A DNA stretch of 64,000 nucleotides. Source: Microbotryum violaceum (Eukaryota). Below, piece after piece: positions 37,471 through 50,897 of this stretch (position 1 is the stretch's first letter; each line of letters opens with the position of its first letter). The stretch is from positions 2,604,001 through 2,668,000 of the forward strand of contig CDLV01000006.1 in NCBI GenBank assembly GCA_001244265.2, read 5' to 3'. Position numbers and translations under genes: made by a program. The notes beneath the pieces are model-generated. The model made no database searches. It was not told the DNA's origin and saw nothing but the letters and a program-made list of their open reading frames with translations.

Positions 37471-39666
37471 ATTGAGCATCGGACGCTGTCTAATAAATAT
37501 TCTAGACGTACTGGTACCGTTCACCTACCGATGTAATTTATTTAATCAAGTGATCCCCTACTCGGTGGAGCCCCACCGCGCGTCCCGAGGGAAGAGCTGG
37601 AGAGATCGCAACCTCGGCCGCAATGATGGCCGTCGTCAGGCTTCGAAAGCTCCTCGCGCCTAGCTCGAGAAGAATTAATAATGGGCTTTGGCATCAGTCG
37701 ACCAATCGCTGCGAACTTAGGACTAAAGTGTTTCCTGATCGATTGCTTGAAGATGACACGCTTTGCGCAAAATTCCGAAACATCACACCAGGTACCTACT
37801 TCATCGAAAGGGATCGACGTCGGCGTGTACCTGGCTTCGTACCGCCCAATGACCATCGTTACGTACATTTGCTTCCCTGGTCCCGCGTAGCTTTTGTGCC
37901 GACGTCACTATCGCCGGGATCTTGCGCTCGCTGAACCGCCGGCTGGCCGATGGGCTTCAATTTGTTAATGGCCTAGTGAACATCTAGCACTTGTAGTTGC
38001 ATGGCATGAGCAGGGAGCTCCTGACACTAGCTCTTAGCCGACGAGCCGTTGAGCAAGTAGTTTTTTAAAGTGACAAGTTCTCCCTCCTCACAAAGTGTTC
38101 GTCGTCAGAGTTTTCGTAAGCTCCGAAATTTCCACTGAAACCCAACCTCCGCGCTGCGGAGCGCGTCGCAAGTTCGCAACTGTCGAGGAATTTCTTGTTT
38201 CGCCTCGCCACGCGCGGGTGAGCCGACGCTTCGCTCCCGTCCAAACAGCTGGGGCGGCGCTATTTTAGGCCTGACTAATGGAAGATTCGGGGGGCGGGGG
38301 GGGGGGGTGACACAATTTTAGGGGGATGGCGTGGCGTGGCGTCGGACAGTTGGGAATAACGGTTTGACGATTACCACGTTCCTTAGCCGAGGGAGGTACC
38401 GACCTAGCCTAATCTTGGATTTGGTCGGCAACAGGACATTATGAAAGGAAACTAGTCTTGGTTTCGGGCGGGGCCAGGTAGTTGAGGTCGGATTGAGTTG
38501 TCACTGTATGTGTATCTAACTAGGCGGATTGGAGGAAGCTGCGATCACAAAAGAACGAGCCGTTCAGCGCGGCACAAATAAAGGGAGTGAGCGATCCTAC
38601 AGTGAGTGATCGGGCTCACTCCGAGGACCGACGGTCGGGGTCGATGGCGCGCGCGCACCGGCAACTGTGGTCACGACTTGCAACGGATCAGCCCTATTAA
38701 CACAAACCTAACTGTCAGCAAAAAAGCTGTGACAAATAAAAGCAATTCGCCTTATGTGTGAGACTGAAGGTTTGTCAGGGGCTGAAGCGGTGGTTAAGAC
38801 TCTCCTGTGGACTTCGCCAGACTGCAGGCCGGAAAATGGAGTCCTTCTCCGAGTCTACCGACCTTCTTAATTGGTCTTGGAGTTGCTGAGAACCTGCGGC
38901 ATACCTAGCACAATCCGAGCCAGCTTTAGGTGTAAGAATTTGGGGACAGCACCTCTTCGTCTAAAATCGATGCACTTGGGTACAAAACGTAAGCTTGGGC
39001 TCGGCGGCTTAACCCTCGCTTCAAGATCACGACTCGACAACGACGTCCGAGGGCGATCTTCTTGAGTCAAATCGTTTTGTACCACACATCAGATTGAAGA
39101 AAGATCCTGTTTTCGGACAAGGTGCATGTCGAGCAGGCAGATACGTATAGTTCTCCGGTGTAAACTGAAGAGTATGGGTAATTTCACACGCAAGTCACGG
39201 CATGCCAAGAAAGCACATTTCCGGACGTCGTCGACGGCTGGCGCTGCACCGGCTGGGCACCCCACCTGGACCGAGCGTCATGTCCTGTCATGTCAGCGCG
39301 CAAGTCAGGGCCGCTTGAAGTGGCTACGCGTGCGCTCCAACTGCTCTCAGCTCAGTCACCTTTCACACCTCCCCATCCGACCGACGACGACGCTCGAGCC
39401 TCCCATTAGGTGTGAGACCGTGCCACACTCATTACCTTCGACCTCTTAATTGCTCGATCAACCTTGTGTACCCGCTGGTCGTGCCTACGACAAATCTAAC
39501 GCCTGTCGCATCGCTGCAGCACCCGGCACCGCCATCTGGAGGCTGTAGCTCAGCTCGCTTCACGTCAACCCCGAGTTGCTTTCCCCCTCCCTGAAGACAG
39601 CTAGCTGTTAGCTCTACATTATTCCGCCGCCGCCGTCGCCGCCTCCGTTGACCGGTACCTCGACCC

Positions 39667-42308
39667 ATGACCACGTATCTCAACATGCCATCCTCGAGCA
39701 ATCCCGTTTTCATAGGTCGGCGAGAGTCGAATCTGGGCAACTCCGCGTCTGAATAGTGAGTGTCATCCCTCGATTCTCGTGTGGTTCCGTACTGTCGAGT
39801 CTCCGGATGGCGCGCCTTAGAGCGCCCCAGTCATGTCCACGCGAGCGACTTGCCCGCCCGTCGTCCTCGCTTGCCGCCGTGTGTACACCGAGCTACGCAA
39901 CTCCACCTCAACTCGCCAACGATCGCCACCTTTAACCCGCACTCGGCGCTGCGGCAGTGGACGTGTCGTGTACGACGTATACCTCAAGCGTCTATGGCAC
40001 AGTTCACTGATGGCTTTGTGTTGTTTTGCATTCATCCACCCTCGTCCGACCCTCTCCTATCGTGCATCACCCGCGTGTTCCTGGTCGTCCCCTTTCGTTG
40101 TTTTACCTTGGCGCCGCCACGCTCCTCCCCGATCATTTGCTCTCATTTCGCGCGCGCGCCTAATATGGGACTCGCACCTCACAACCAACTGCCGAACCAC
40201 CGCTGACTCGGGACTGACTCGAACTCACTAAATGCGCCGGTCTCATCCCCTACTCCTGTCTCAACCGAAACCCATTCGATCACTCGCCGACTCTCTCACG
40301 GTTCCACCCCCTCCCCCCTTGCCGAATCTTTCTCCCACCCGTCGCCGGTCCGCTCGACGCGCCCGCCGCGATCTCGTCGCCGCCATTGCCGCCGCCGCTA
40401 CCTTCGGCCGTTCCAATCACGTAGTGGAAGATCGCCCATGCTTCATCCGGCTCTGTCGAGCTCTCTGTCGCGCTCATTCGGTCATAATTCCCCCTTCTCC
40501 CTCTCGGCTCTGTCGTCGTCCCTGACGGCCATGTCATCCTCGCCGGGCTTCTCGAGCATGGCCATGTCCCTCGGCCGATCGTTTGAGGAACGGCCAAAGC
40601 TCGAGGCGCAGTTCTTCCGCAACTTCCAGTGCTGCGGGCTCGATCTGCAGGACCTGCACGGCTTGCTCGAACACTTTGAAGAGTGCCACGTCATGTATGA
40701 CGAAGATGGCAATGCTGCCGGGATGGATGCCACGATGGACATGGGCGAGGACGAGCCAGAAGGCACCGTGTCGGGACCCCCGAGCCCGCGGATGGGTTCG
40801 GCCACGGGATCCAACCGAGGGGCTTTTGAGGTCAAGAAGAGCGCACTGTCATCGCAGTTCGAAGCTCCAGATTCGCCTGCTCAGCATCCGACCCATCTCG
40901 ATGCTGGCATGGAGCTCGATATGGATATGGACGATCCTGAAGAAGAGTCGAGTGCCCAGTCCCCCGCCGGCTCCGCTCATTCATCGACAGGCACAGCCTC
41001 GACGTCGGTTGCGACCCCGAATGCGACCTTTGGTGCTGCTCCCATGTCGGCCTTCGATGCACCCTTGCCCCTTGCCCCGACCTCGAGCAAGAACATGTTT
41101 ACGTCAGCCTCGGCGAACAACCCTCTCGTGTCTCCGGGAACGATACGGCTTGGTATGGGCGGCATCATGGGCGGGCTCGACGCGATCACAAATAATCGCA
41201 CGTCGCCCTCGGGGTTCCAGCCACCCGGCTCGACGGTCCCGGACAATCCTGTTACTGATGAGACTTCGAACACCACTTCCACGGCCGAGACCGTGTTCCC
41301 CGTCCCTTCGAGCACATCGACGTACCCCGGGTCGACGGTCGCGCTGTCACCGTCTCTGCTGTTCCCTGCAGCTGCGCCAGTCGAGATCCCTACCCCTCCA
41401 CCCATGTCCCAGTACGAGATCACTCAGGCTCAGATCCGGGAAGCTGCTGCGGCCGCTCAAGCCGCTCAAGCTCAAGCTCAAGCCCAAGCCCAGGCCCAGG
41501 CCCAGGCTCAAGCGCAAGTCAAAACGCTCGTGCGTCAAGGCCCCGAACCCGAAGACGAGCATGACGACGATGAAGAGGGCGAGGAAGAAGAAGAAGAAGA
41601 AGAGGAGGAGGAGGAGAACGAAGAAAACGATGGCTACGACCTCAACGCGCAGATCTTGGCAGATGGCGACCGCCAGACCGCATTGACGAAAGCGCTCGGC
41701 GTGAGTTCGCTCTCGGCCCTGCCGTCGGCATTGAACCCGCTCGGAACGGGAATTCAGATCTCACCGAGCGGCCGACCGTACACGCCGCCGAGCGAGAAGC
41801 CGTTTAAGTGCTCCGTCCCTGGCTGCGATAAGTCGTACAAGCAACAAAATGGGCTCAAGTACCATCGGTTGCATGGTCATTGCAACGCGAACGCGACGGG
41901 GCCGGAGGGGGAAACCAAGGGCGAAGGCAAGCCTTATGTGTGCCATGTTGCATCGTGTGGCAAGAGATACAAGAAGTAAGTTCTGATTTCAGGAACGGCA
42001 CCTCAGCCTCGAAGATGTCAACTGACTGACTTTCAAACGAGCCTTGCAGTATGAATGGCCTGCGGTACCACTACCAGCATTCGGGGGCTCATGGTGCACT
42101 GGGGCTGCAAATGCTGGCACAAGGGTGTCACCCACCGCCGCAATTTCCACTGGGGCACAAGAGAGCCGGCCAATCCATGTCCTCGATGACATCGCCCTTG
42201 ATGCCCACGTCGCCTCTTTCGAGGACCGTTTCGCCTTCTCGAGACTTGAGCTCGAGTAGGTCAGGGTCGCCGAGCGGGATGGGGCTCATCACGCTCGGTT
42301 ACGCCTAA
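39667..42308 (+). CDS. SFP1: Split C2H2 zinc-finger transcription factor
   Basis: FFRNFQCCGLDLQDLHGLLEHFEECH, EKPFKCSVPGCDKSYKQQNGLKYH and CGKRYKNMNGLRYH. Proposed exon 1 (39667-39755) joins 40425 in frame; second intron 41975-42049. Confidence 0.88.
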
Positions 42309-43080
42309 AGCTGCCTGCACGCCGCTTGATCGCCGCTTACGAAACAGACTTGCCGCGATCAACACCCATCATCGCGACACCGACGCACTTTGCCCATCAT
42401 TGCTTTTTTGTACATCATTCTATTACGCACCCGCCCTATCGGATCCTAATCCATTCCCCCCTCGCAAGAACTTTCGTCCTTCGCCGGTCGTTGCACGCAT
42501 CCATCTTTATCGTCGTTTCGGCTATTACGTCGGGATCCTCCATACCGAATCTCCCCACCTCACCTGTCGTATTTCTCCCCTCTACCCTCGTTATTGTATC
42601 TCATTCCAATCCCCTGGAACATTCCGACCGACCACTTTTCTCGGAAAGGACACCCACCAAAAGACCGCGTCACCAGGTCGAACCGTTCTCCTATAGCGCT
42701 TCACCGAACGACGGCTTCATACGTCAAACTGATCCTTTGCGCTTCTCTCAACTGAAGTGTGAGGTGATTACCTCGGCCTTCTGTCCGATAGATGGATTGC
42801 TCCCCCCCTAATGATTGTTGATCTCTTCTTTTTGTCGGTACACGTTCTCTTTCGCATCACCCTCGCCGTAGTTCTTCCTTTTTTTTCCCTTCCTCTGATA
42901 GAGTCTTTTGTGATGCCGTTCGTCATCTTTTGGATGTGTTGCAAACAGTTTTTTTTTTCTTTGAGCTCTATTCTTCTCTTCCATCTCAACCGCATTGAAG
43001 AGACGTGATATGGTATTATAATTTGCAATCTCTAGGTGATTCATTACAACAAGATATACAAGACACAGATCTTGCGCGGC

Positions 43081-44878
43081 TCAATCCAACACGTCCAACA
43101 TCGCCTGCACCGTACACAGCTTCTCCCTACTCTTGCCCAATTTTGCCCCCCTCTCACGTTCGACCTCATCGATCCGTTCCCAATCCTTCCAACTCACAAT
43201 ACGTTTCCCATCCTCGACGGAAGAAAGTCTCATACCTTCTTTCGGTACACCCGACGAACTCGATGTTGAATGCATCAAGTCGTGAACGATTTGATCTGCC
43301 AATCGAAATGAATCGAACATGGTCGTGGCGATCACTCCCGTCGGACCTCTAGCTAACCATCCACCTACGTAAACGTTCGCTCGTGGTTCTTCTTCTTCTT
43401 CCTTTGATGAAGGGGCTAGAGTTACGCGACCTTGGGAATTGGGGATGATGCCTTGGTGAGGATCGAAAGGGATACCGGGGATGGGGATGGAACGGTATCC
43501 GATGGATTTGAAAACGGCGTCCGTGGGTACGACGGATTTTTCAGACGTGGTTTCGACGGCCCACGTCGAAGGGTCTAGAGGGGTTGTGGAAGGAGTGAAG
43601 GAGATTCGGTTATGGGCATATTTGACGGCTCGTACGCGTTGTGGATCGAGGATCGTCGATAGAGTAGGTGTAGAAGATTCCGAGATCGCGTCGGCGGTGG
43701 TGATGGTCGAAGCGAGGAATTCGATTGGACTACGAAGAAATTTGACTTGCCATTCTTTTAAGTTCTCCCCGTTTTGAAGGCTTTGCTCGTACCCCTTCTT
43801 CAATAAAGTTAAAGCCCTCTGACGGATCCTCGGATCCACCATCCCTTTCTCCTTCGCCAAAAGTTCCAACCCCTCGTTAACCAAATCTACATCGATCCGG
43901 AACCCAACACCTTGTTGATTCAAGCCGATCAACTCCCTAACTTCCTTCGTCGTTCCAGCAAATTGAAGTACGCCTCGTCGACCTACGACTTCGACCTTAC
44001 GGACTTTGGACCGTGCGAGTTCAGCCAAGACGTGTTCGGGAATGTCGAAAGGTTTGAGGTCGTCGATGGGTTTGAGGAGGATACGAGTTAGGTCGAGAGC
44101 GACGTTCCCTTGACCGATGATGGTGACGTGTTCGGTATTGGATAGGTCGAGCGAGGTCGAAGGCGTACTATTGAAGGTCGAGAGTGGATGACCGTTGTAC
44201 CAATTCACGAAATTACGGGCCGAGTCGATACCGAGGAGAGTGGTTTCACCGGGGATGTTACCAAGCGATCGATCGAGCGAGGCGCCATAGGTCAGGACGA
44301 GGGTGTCGTATTTAGGGAGAAGGGTCGAGATGGGGAGTTGATAGGCGTGAGGGGAGAGGAAAAGGTTCGGCACGATGGAGGACGCGCGTGAGGAGGTGGA
44401 GGCAGAAGATTCTGACTCGGTCAAAGTGGAACCGGATATTTGTACGTTGCCGTAATAGGTCAGACGAGGGTCCTGGGCCGTCTCGGTGAATTTGTGCACG
44501 CAATTCTGTGGGAGAAGGAAAAGCCGAGCTCGGTTATTTCCTCTCGAGAATCCGTAGAAGCATCGCCGGACTGACCTTGACTGAAGGATGGTCGGGCGCG
44601 ACGCCGAATCTGGCCAGACCAAAAGGGACGGGCACCAGTTCAAACAGATCGACTTTGATGTTCTCCGATCCGGGGAGAGAGAGTAGTCGGGAAGCGGTGT
44701 AGAAACCTGCTGGACCTGCACCGACGATGGCGATGCGGTAGGCGTGGGATTGTAGGGACAGAGAAGGGTTCGAGGAAGGCGTGGAGGAATACGGTCGCGA
44801 GCTGGGAGGGAGGTGGAAACGGAGGGAGGTGGGGAGGGTTCGGGGACGAGCTAGTCGTCGTGGGAGGATGCGTGTCAT
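43081..44878 (-). CDS. ARH1: Mitochondrial NADPH:adrenodoxin (ferredoxin) oxidoreductase
   Basis: Arg-rich presequence, VGAGPAGFY, PVPFGLARFGVAPDHP, IIGQGNVALD, GRRG and GWLARGPTGVIATTM. One intron (~44506-44575). Confidence 0.93.
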
Positions 44879-45778
44879 GGTCTCATAAGGTATGGTGGGG
44901 GAGGCGCGGGCGACGTGTACAGCGCCGGGGGTAAGGTGAGAAAGCGCGAGAGTTCACCGGGTTTGGTCATCTCTGCTTGCGAAAGTAGCTCTGAAAGCGG
45001 AGCGATCGAGACCGCCGCGGCGAGGGCACGGCTTATCACAGGCACAAAGTCTGGGGGATAATGAATGTTACAACAACAAAGCTCTAAATCAACAAGACTG
45101 CAGGCTCTATGAAAGCGGGGGAATAGGAACCTGTTTGTCGGCCAGAACTAAGCGTCAGCACACAGCTCCCTTATCCTTGAATGCCCGCAACTGATGCTCC
45201 GCTTCCAAGTTTCAGGACCGGGGGTATAAAGCCCGGCCGAGTATAAAGTTGTTTTTGTCCCCAGGTGAAGAAGAAACAAAGGCGGGGACTGACATCCTCC
45301 TCTCGTGAGAAAGAAAGACATCAAAGCCCCCGTCATTAATCCTTCGTAAGACTGGTGCCAACATGAAATTCATCATTTTGAGGAGGGAGCGAAAGACGAG
45401 CCCGGGTGGGTAGAAAGGAGAAAGTAGGACCACGTACCAAGGAGATGATCGATAAGACTCTCAGCAGGAGGAAGAGTCACATGGTGGAGTACAGGGCGAG
45501 TCGAATCGACGGTGTTGGGTGGAGGGGGAAGACGAGAGACAGAGAGGAAAAAACGGCGGGCGGTCTTTCTTGCGAGGACACGAGCGAGCACCGACGAGAA
45601 TTGGCGCGCGCATTATTAGCAATCCGCGATCATTATCAATTGCTCGCAACTACCTGATACTGATACCCCCCACGTCACACTCGTCACCGACTTGCACTCC
45701 CTGCCACTCTTCCAGACCTTTCTCCGGCCCTTTTCGACGTCCATCACCCACTCGATCCTCAACAAGCACCCTTCCATC

Positions 45779-46359
45779 ATGTCCACATTACCTACCCCTT
45801 CCCATCCCACCCCTACCGAAGCCCAACAGCTCGAATCCGCTCTGAGGGATCGGCTCATCAACTCGGGCGAAAACGATCGGTTAGTTTCAAGCTCAATTTG
45901 AACAACATCGAGAGCCGACATCTGTCTTTGGAAATGAAGCTGACTTTTTTTTTCTTTTTTCGCGCTCTAGTCTGTTGATTCTCTTGAAACAACGCTTGGA
46001 CAAAACGGGATGGCAGGATCAAGTTCGAGGGATCGCAAGAGGTGAGTGATCGACATCGCATTAGAGGACGACGCCTCAATCCTCGGTCTAGCTGAACCAA
46101 ATCACCACCGGTTGTTTATTTCGTCGTATAATCGGAACCAGAACAAGCTCGGAGTGATAACGTCAAACTGCTCTCCCTCGTCGATCAGGTCGAACCGACC
46201 GCGTTCGGTAAGTTGAGCTTCGGCATTCATGCAGAGAGATGGAACGCTGAGCTTTGTGCGTTTCTCATATGTGGGTCTCATCTAGGCCTGATCCCAGCCG
46301 AAGTTACGCAAGAGATGGAGAAACTGATGGCCGAATTCGTCAAGAAAAACGTCGAGTGA
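45779..46359 (+). CDS. SUS1: SAGA/TREX-2 subunit Sus1/ENY2
   Basis: Four exons give LRDRLINSGENDRLLILLKQRLDKTGWQDQVRGIAREQ..VEPTAFGLIPAEV; TGA at 46357-46359. Confidence 0.85.
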
Positions 46360-46585
46360 CGGTACTCGCGTCCAGGATGCCGGCGGCCCCTTCGAATTTG
46401 TTGCATCTCCCTTGCCGATGGTGTCTCTCTTTTGTTGTGCTAGTATGGAATGTTGTAACATAGGATTCAGATGACTTTTTAACTCGTACACAAGGGTCAA
46501 AACTTGAAATTTGTCAGCCCACCTTCACGCTTCCGCTGCGTTCCTTCACATAACTAACTCCCTCTCGACCGGACAAAGTGCGCAT

Positions 46586-48043
46586 CTAATACGTCTCGTC
46601 ACTATTCCCGTACCCTCGCAACCCCTCGGCAAAGCTCCACTCGGTCGGCGCCTTCATCGATTCCGAAATCTCGACCCCTCTCGACGTGACGGAAGCGATT
46701 TGGAACTGTAAAAAAATAAATAAAAAAATAAAAATAAAAAATAAAAATAAAACCCCCAAAAAAACGTCGCACTTTGCTGTTCAGCAACACGGAAGCAAGG
46801 CAGAGAGAGGCCAAGGTTTGTTCCATACCTTGTTGATACTCCTCGCGTCCCTGTAGAACAAGACCTTCATGCATTGCTCTAATAAAGCCCTCGCGTCAAC
46901 TTCGGAAAGTGACTTCTCCCCCTCGGGTCCGAGGCGTTCGAGCGCTTTGCGGAGCAGAGGTTGCGCGATATGGTGCCCGTAGCCGGAGGCGAGCGAAGGG
47001 GCCGAGTAGGTCGTGCCGAGGAGGTCGACGTAGGAGAGGAAGCTGGTGGGGGGAGGCAGCGGGAGGGGAAGGAGTTTAGGATCCTTCGGTGACTGAGGAA
47101 CGAATACGGACCGGTGCGGCCAACTTACGGAACGTTTCCGTGTTCAAGGCCGGCTACGATAAAGGCGTTCCAGAAGGGGTCTTGCTTGTTGCGTTTCGAG
47201 TACATGACGTTGGACAAGTACTCGTAGATCTGCGACGAAGTGAGGACGTGGCCATCGTCGAGGATTTGTTCCGAGATCCTGAGTGGGGTAAAGAGTAGAG
47301 GCAGAGCTTAGGGCCGGTGAAGCTATGTGAAGGTGTGATCGATCGGAACCTACATTTGGTTCTCCAAGAGCTTGATGACCTGCTGGTAGTCGGCCATGTC
47401 ACCGGATGCGCCGATCAGGGTTGACTCGCCGACGGCATGGAGACGTTTGATGTCCTTGAAGCGTGCCAAACTACCGTAAGAGGCTAGTGATTGGTAGAAA
47501 AAAGGATAAGTCGTGGAGTTCAAAAGTGTTGCAGGTGGAGCTTGGGTGGCCTACCCAGGTTATCAGCGGCCATCATGACCCCACCGTTGAACTTGATGGC
47601 GAGGACACTTGTTCCAGTGACGATCGGTTGTCTGTAATGAGTTTGAGAGCTAGTGTCAATACTAGTTCACGCCATTGACGATGCGGACAAAAGAGAAGTG
47701 CGCGGTGGGACGTAGTGGGCACGGAGGTGGAGCTGACGCGTCCAGTGCAAGGTGCGCTGCGCGAGGGGATAATCATACAGCGGTGCGAATAGACTGACTG
47801 TGTGTGCTGCACACCCTGGGAGAACGCATCAATCTGGCCCGAGTTTTGTCGTCCTTGGTGGATGGGGAAGGTGGCGTACGGGTCGACCGAGTCGTTGCGG
47901 GGTTTACCCCTGAATGGTCGACCGTACGAGGTGGTGCAGCGGGTGGTGCAGCGGACAGAGTGTGATAAAGAGTTAGTGTCTGTAGGCCTAGTCGAAAGGT
48001 ACAAATCGTTGGCTTACCATGATGTGGAAGGAAAGTGGTTCAT
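46586..48043 (-). CDS. PRE4: 20S proteasome subunit beta 7
   Basis: [57 protein letters not shown] and TEWSFAEG. Confidence 0.95.
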
Positions 48044-48052
48044 GATGGGTCG

Positions 48053-48097
48053 GTCAGGTGCAGGGTGGTCAGGTGCAGGGTTGTCAGGTGCAGGGTT
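48053..48097. repeat. 15-bp tandem repeat x3 (GTCAGGTGCAGGGTK) just upstream of the PRE4 ATG
   Basis: Three near-identical units in the probable 5' UTR. Confidence 0.85.
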
Positions 48098-48402
48098 GTG
48101 TAGCAAAGCCGAGCCAAGCCGAAGCAGGAGCAGGAGCAGGAGCGGGAGCGTCTCCCCACTCTGTCAAGTCGTTCGCGAGGGAGTCTCGATGACGAAGCGC
48201 CTCTTGTCAAGGCTCGTCAGGGTCAGAAATAGCGAAGCGCGCGTGTGATCTCGCAGGTCTCCACGTCCACAGGCGCACCCAAGTCGACATCGCCCCGCCT
48301 TCTTATACCTGCCTTCTCCTTCTTTCCTCTCCCACCTCAACTGCCCCCGACCCTGACCTTTTAACCATTCTACGCCGGTCGTCTCTCGCTGCACTGAGAA
48401 CC

Positions 48403-50137
48403 ATGGGTCTCATCTCCTCCCCCTTGCCCGCCTACACGGGCGCCTACCGCGTCGGCACGCTCGACGTCGAAGTACCCGTCCCCGAACCTCGCTCCTTCGG
48501 CACCGCCTTGCTCAGAGCCACGAACGAGCCGGCCTTGCAACTCGACACCATCCTCTGCACCTTGTTCTACCCCGTTGAGCCCCAAAATTCCAAGGGTAAA
48601 GGAAAGATGCCGTGGATGCAGCGACCTATTGCCACAACCGCACAAGGTCAGTTCAGTCCCGAAGTGGCTTACTCGGCGCCCGAAAATTTCTCAGTCCGGA
48701 GTTGAGCTCCGATACGATTGGGACGAGGCTCGGCCGAGGTACAACATCGCTCAAGTCTTGTCCAATGTACAACAGGGTACGCTCATTTCACGCAGCAGAA
48801 ACCTTGGCTCATCCGCCTTGTCTTGGCCGTCTTCGCGCGCAATAAGTACTTGCCCGCCGGGATCGACGCCCCCCTCTTACCCTGCACGCCACCGTCCGCA
48901 GGTACCCACCACACGACTCCTGAGAGCTCTTCCTCGTCCACCTCTTCGAGGACGGTCAACCCAAACCCCTCTTCATCGTCCGCACTGCCCTTGTTGATCT
49001 TTTCCCACGGTCTGGCTGGCACGCGGACGACGTACTCGCAGTACTGTGGCGAGTTGGCCTCGAGGGGTTACGTCGTTGCCGCGATCGAACATCGCGATGG
49101 CAGTGGGGCGAGCACGATCGTCAACCTCGAACAGGGGAAAGAAAAAGTTGTGGAGTACATCCAACCTGATGATTTGATGTGAGTCCTGCCCACAGCATGT
49201 GGGGTTTCTTGAATTGGAAGCCTGAACTGACGAGAATATTCGTCTTGGATTCGTCGCTAGTTTCCCACCGCCGTACCCAATCTTGTCCCAAATCGCTTAC
49301 CGCAGAGAGCAACTCGTCATGCGACTTCGCGAGATTGAAGAACTTATCGATATCCTGTCTCGGATCAATGATGGTGAAGGTGAATCGGTGGCCCGGCAGA
49401 ATCGTCGAGCGCCGTCGAACGACCCTTCTTACGGGAAGCAATTGAGCGAATGGAAGGGCCGTCTCGACTTTGGCAAGATGAGCATGGTCGGTCACTCGTT
49501 CGGTGGAGCCACGACGCTGGAAGTATTAAGGGCGGGAATGAAAAGGTTTAAATGTACCCGAGGTGTCGTGTTGGACCCGTGGGTCGACCCCATCGATCCC
49601 GTCGAGGCGCAGTCGAGGACCGGCCAAGCCAAACCTATGCCGACGACCGACTCGACCTCGCAAGGTTCCTCCGAGGAAGAGCAAATCAAACGTTCGGCCA
49701 ACGAGATCGACGTCCCTTTTCTCGCCATCAACTCGGAGGCGTTCACGCTTTGGCAAGTACACTACAAGCTCGTCCGCGCTATCGTCGAACATGTTCAAGC
49801 ACCTAGTTGGTTCATGACCCTCGTGGGTACCGTCCATCTCAGCTTCTCCGACTTCCCTTTACTTTTCCCCCTGTTTGCGAAAAGGTCCGGGGCTAGGATC
49901 AATGCGAAAGAAGGGATGACCAAATTCGTCGAGGTCTCGGAGGAGTTCTTGGGTGGGTCAGGCAAGTCGGGCAAATGGTTGGGGAGGGAGATCGTTCCCG
50001 GTGATGAAGCGGGGTTGAGAGAAGGGGAGGGGTACAAGCAGAGAGGTGGTAAGCCCATGGAACCGGTAGGGGATTTGAGGATGCATGTTGTGCCTGAGAA
50101 TTATGAGCGGAAGAGGGAGAACAACCCGAAATTATGA
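48403..50137 (+). CDS. Platelet-activating-factor acetylhydrolase family alpha/beta hydrolase, copy 1
   Basis: [23 protein letters not shown], nucleophile GHSFGG, LDPW and GTVHLSFSD; two introns. Confidence 0.92.
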
Positions 50138-50897
50138 AGGATTTGGGGGACGTGTTGTAATTTAAACCGGTGTGGAGCGTGCTGTGCTCAGTTCAACGTC
50201 GTTTATTCCCTTTTGAGGTCAATGCATTGTCAGGAATTAATCTCGCATCATATGCACCGAAATGTTTCCGCTACACTAGAGCGACAGAAAAAGTTTGGCG
50301 TGTAAAACAGTCTCAGCGGTGTCCGGCAGCGTTTCTGTGCATTGCGCATTTGGGGCCTTCTCACAGCAGCTCGCGGGCTAGGAAGGGCGGGAAACCGCGA
50401 ACTGAGTCGTGTCGGCGGCCAACTTAAAGCAACACGACGAGCAATCTCCGACTGAACGACGTGTGTCGCCGATCTTCATATAGTCAATATATACTAAATG
50501 GCTTTGGTTTGGGCTTGGGGGCGAAGTGACCCACGACACGGCCCCGCGAAGAACTTCCGGCGGGTCAGCGCAAGTGGCAAGGGGAGGCAAAGCCGGGGAG
50601 GGGGGCGGGAAAGCAAGATCTCTAGAGTTCCGAGTGAGCAACAGGCGATGTTGCGAATGAAAATAGTTAGTCCTAGCAATAGGGGTGATTCCCACCGCAG
50701 GGACCGCACTCGCGTTTCGACTAGTCGCTGCAGTGCAGTGAGGCGGTGCGCCCGTTAGTCGCATTTGTCAACTTCCGGTCATATCCACCGGCGCACCTGC
50801 GCTCCCGCATTCTCCTTCATTCCTCTCCCACCTCGACTTCCTCCGGCCTCAATTTTGATATTATCTAGGCCGGTTGCTGCTTGCTGCACTCAGAACC

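Noticed and set aside
40583-41686. 367-aa alternative-frame ORF inside SFP1, and similar shadow ORFs (7706-8389, 19395-20030, 35292-36095)
   Set aside because: These overlap well-supported genes, are Arg/Pro/Ser-rich, and are expected in GC-rich coding DNA.
46690-46764. Long A-rich tract as a retroposon poly(A) tail
   Set aside because: It is the T-rich 3' part of the last PRE4 intron on the - strand.
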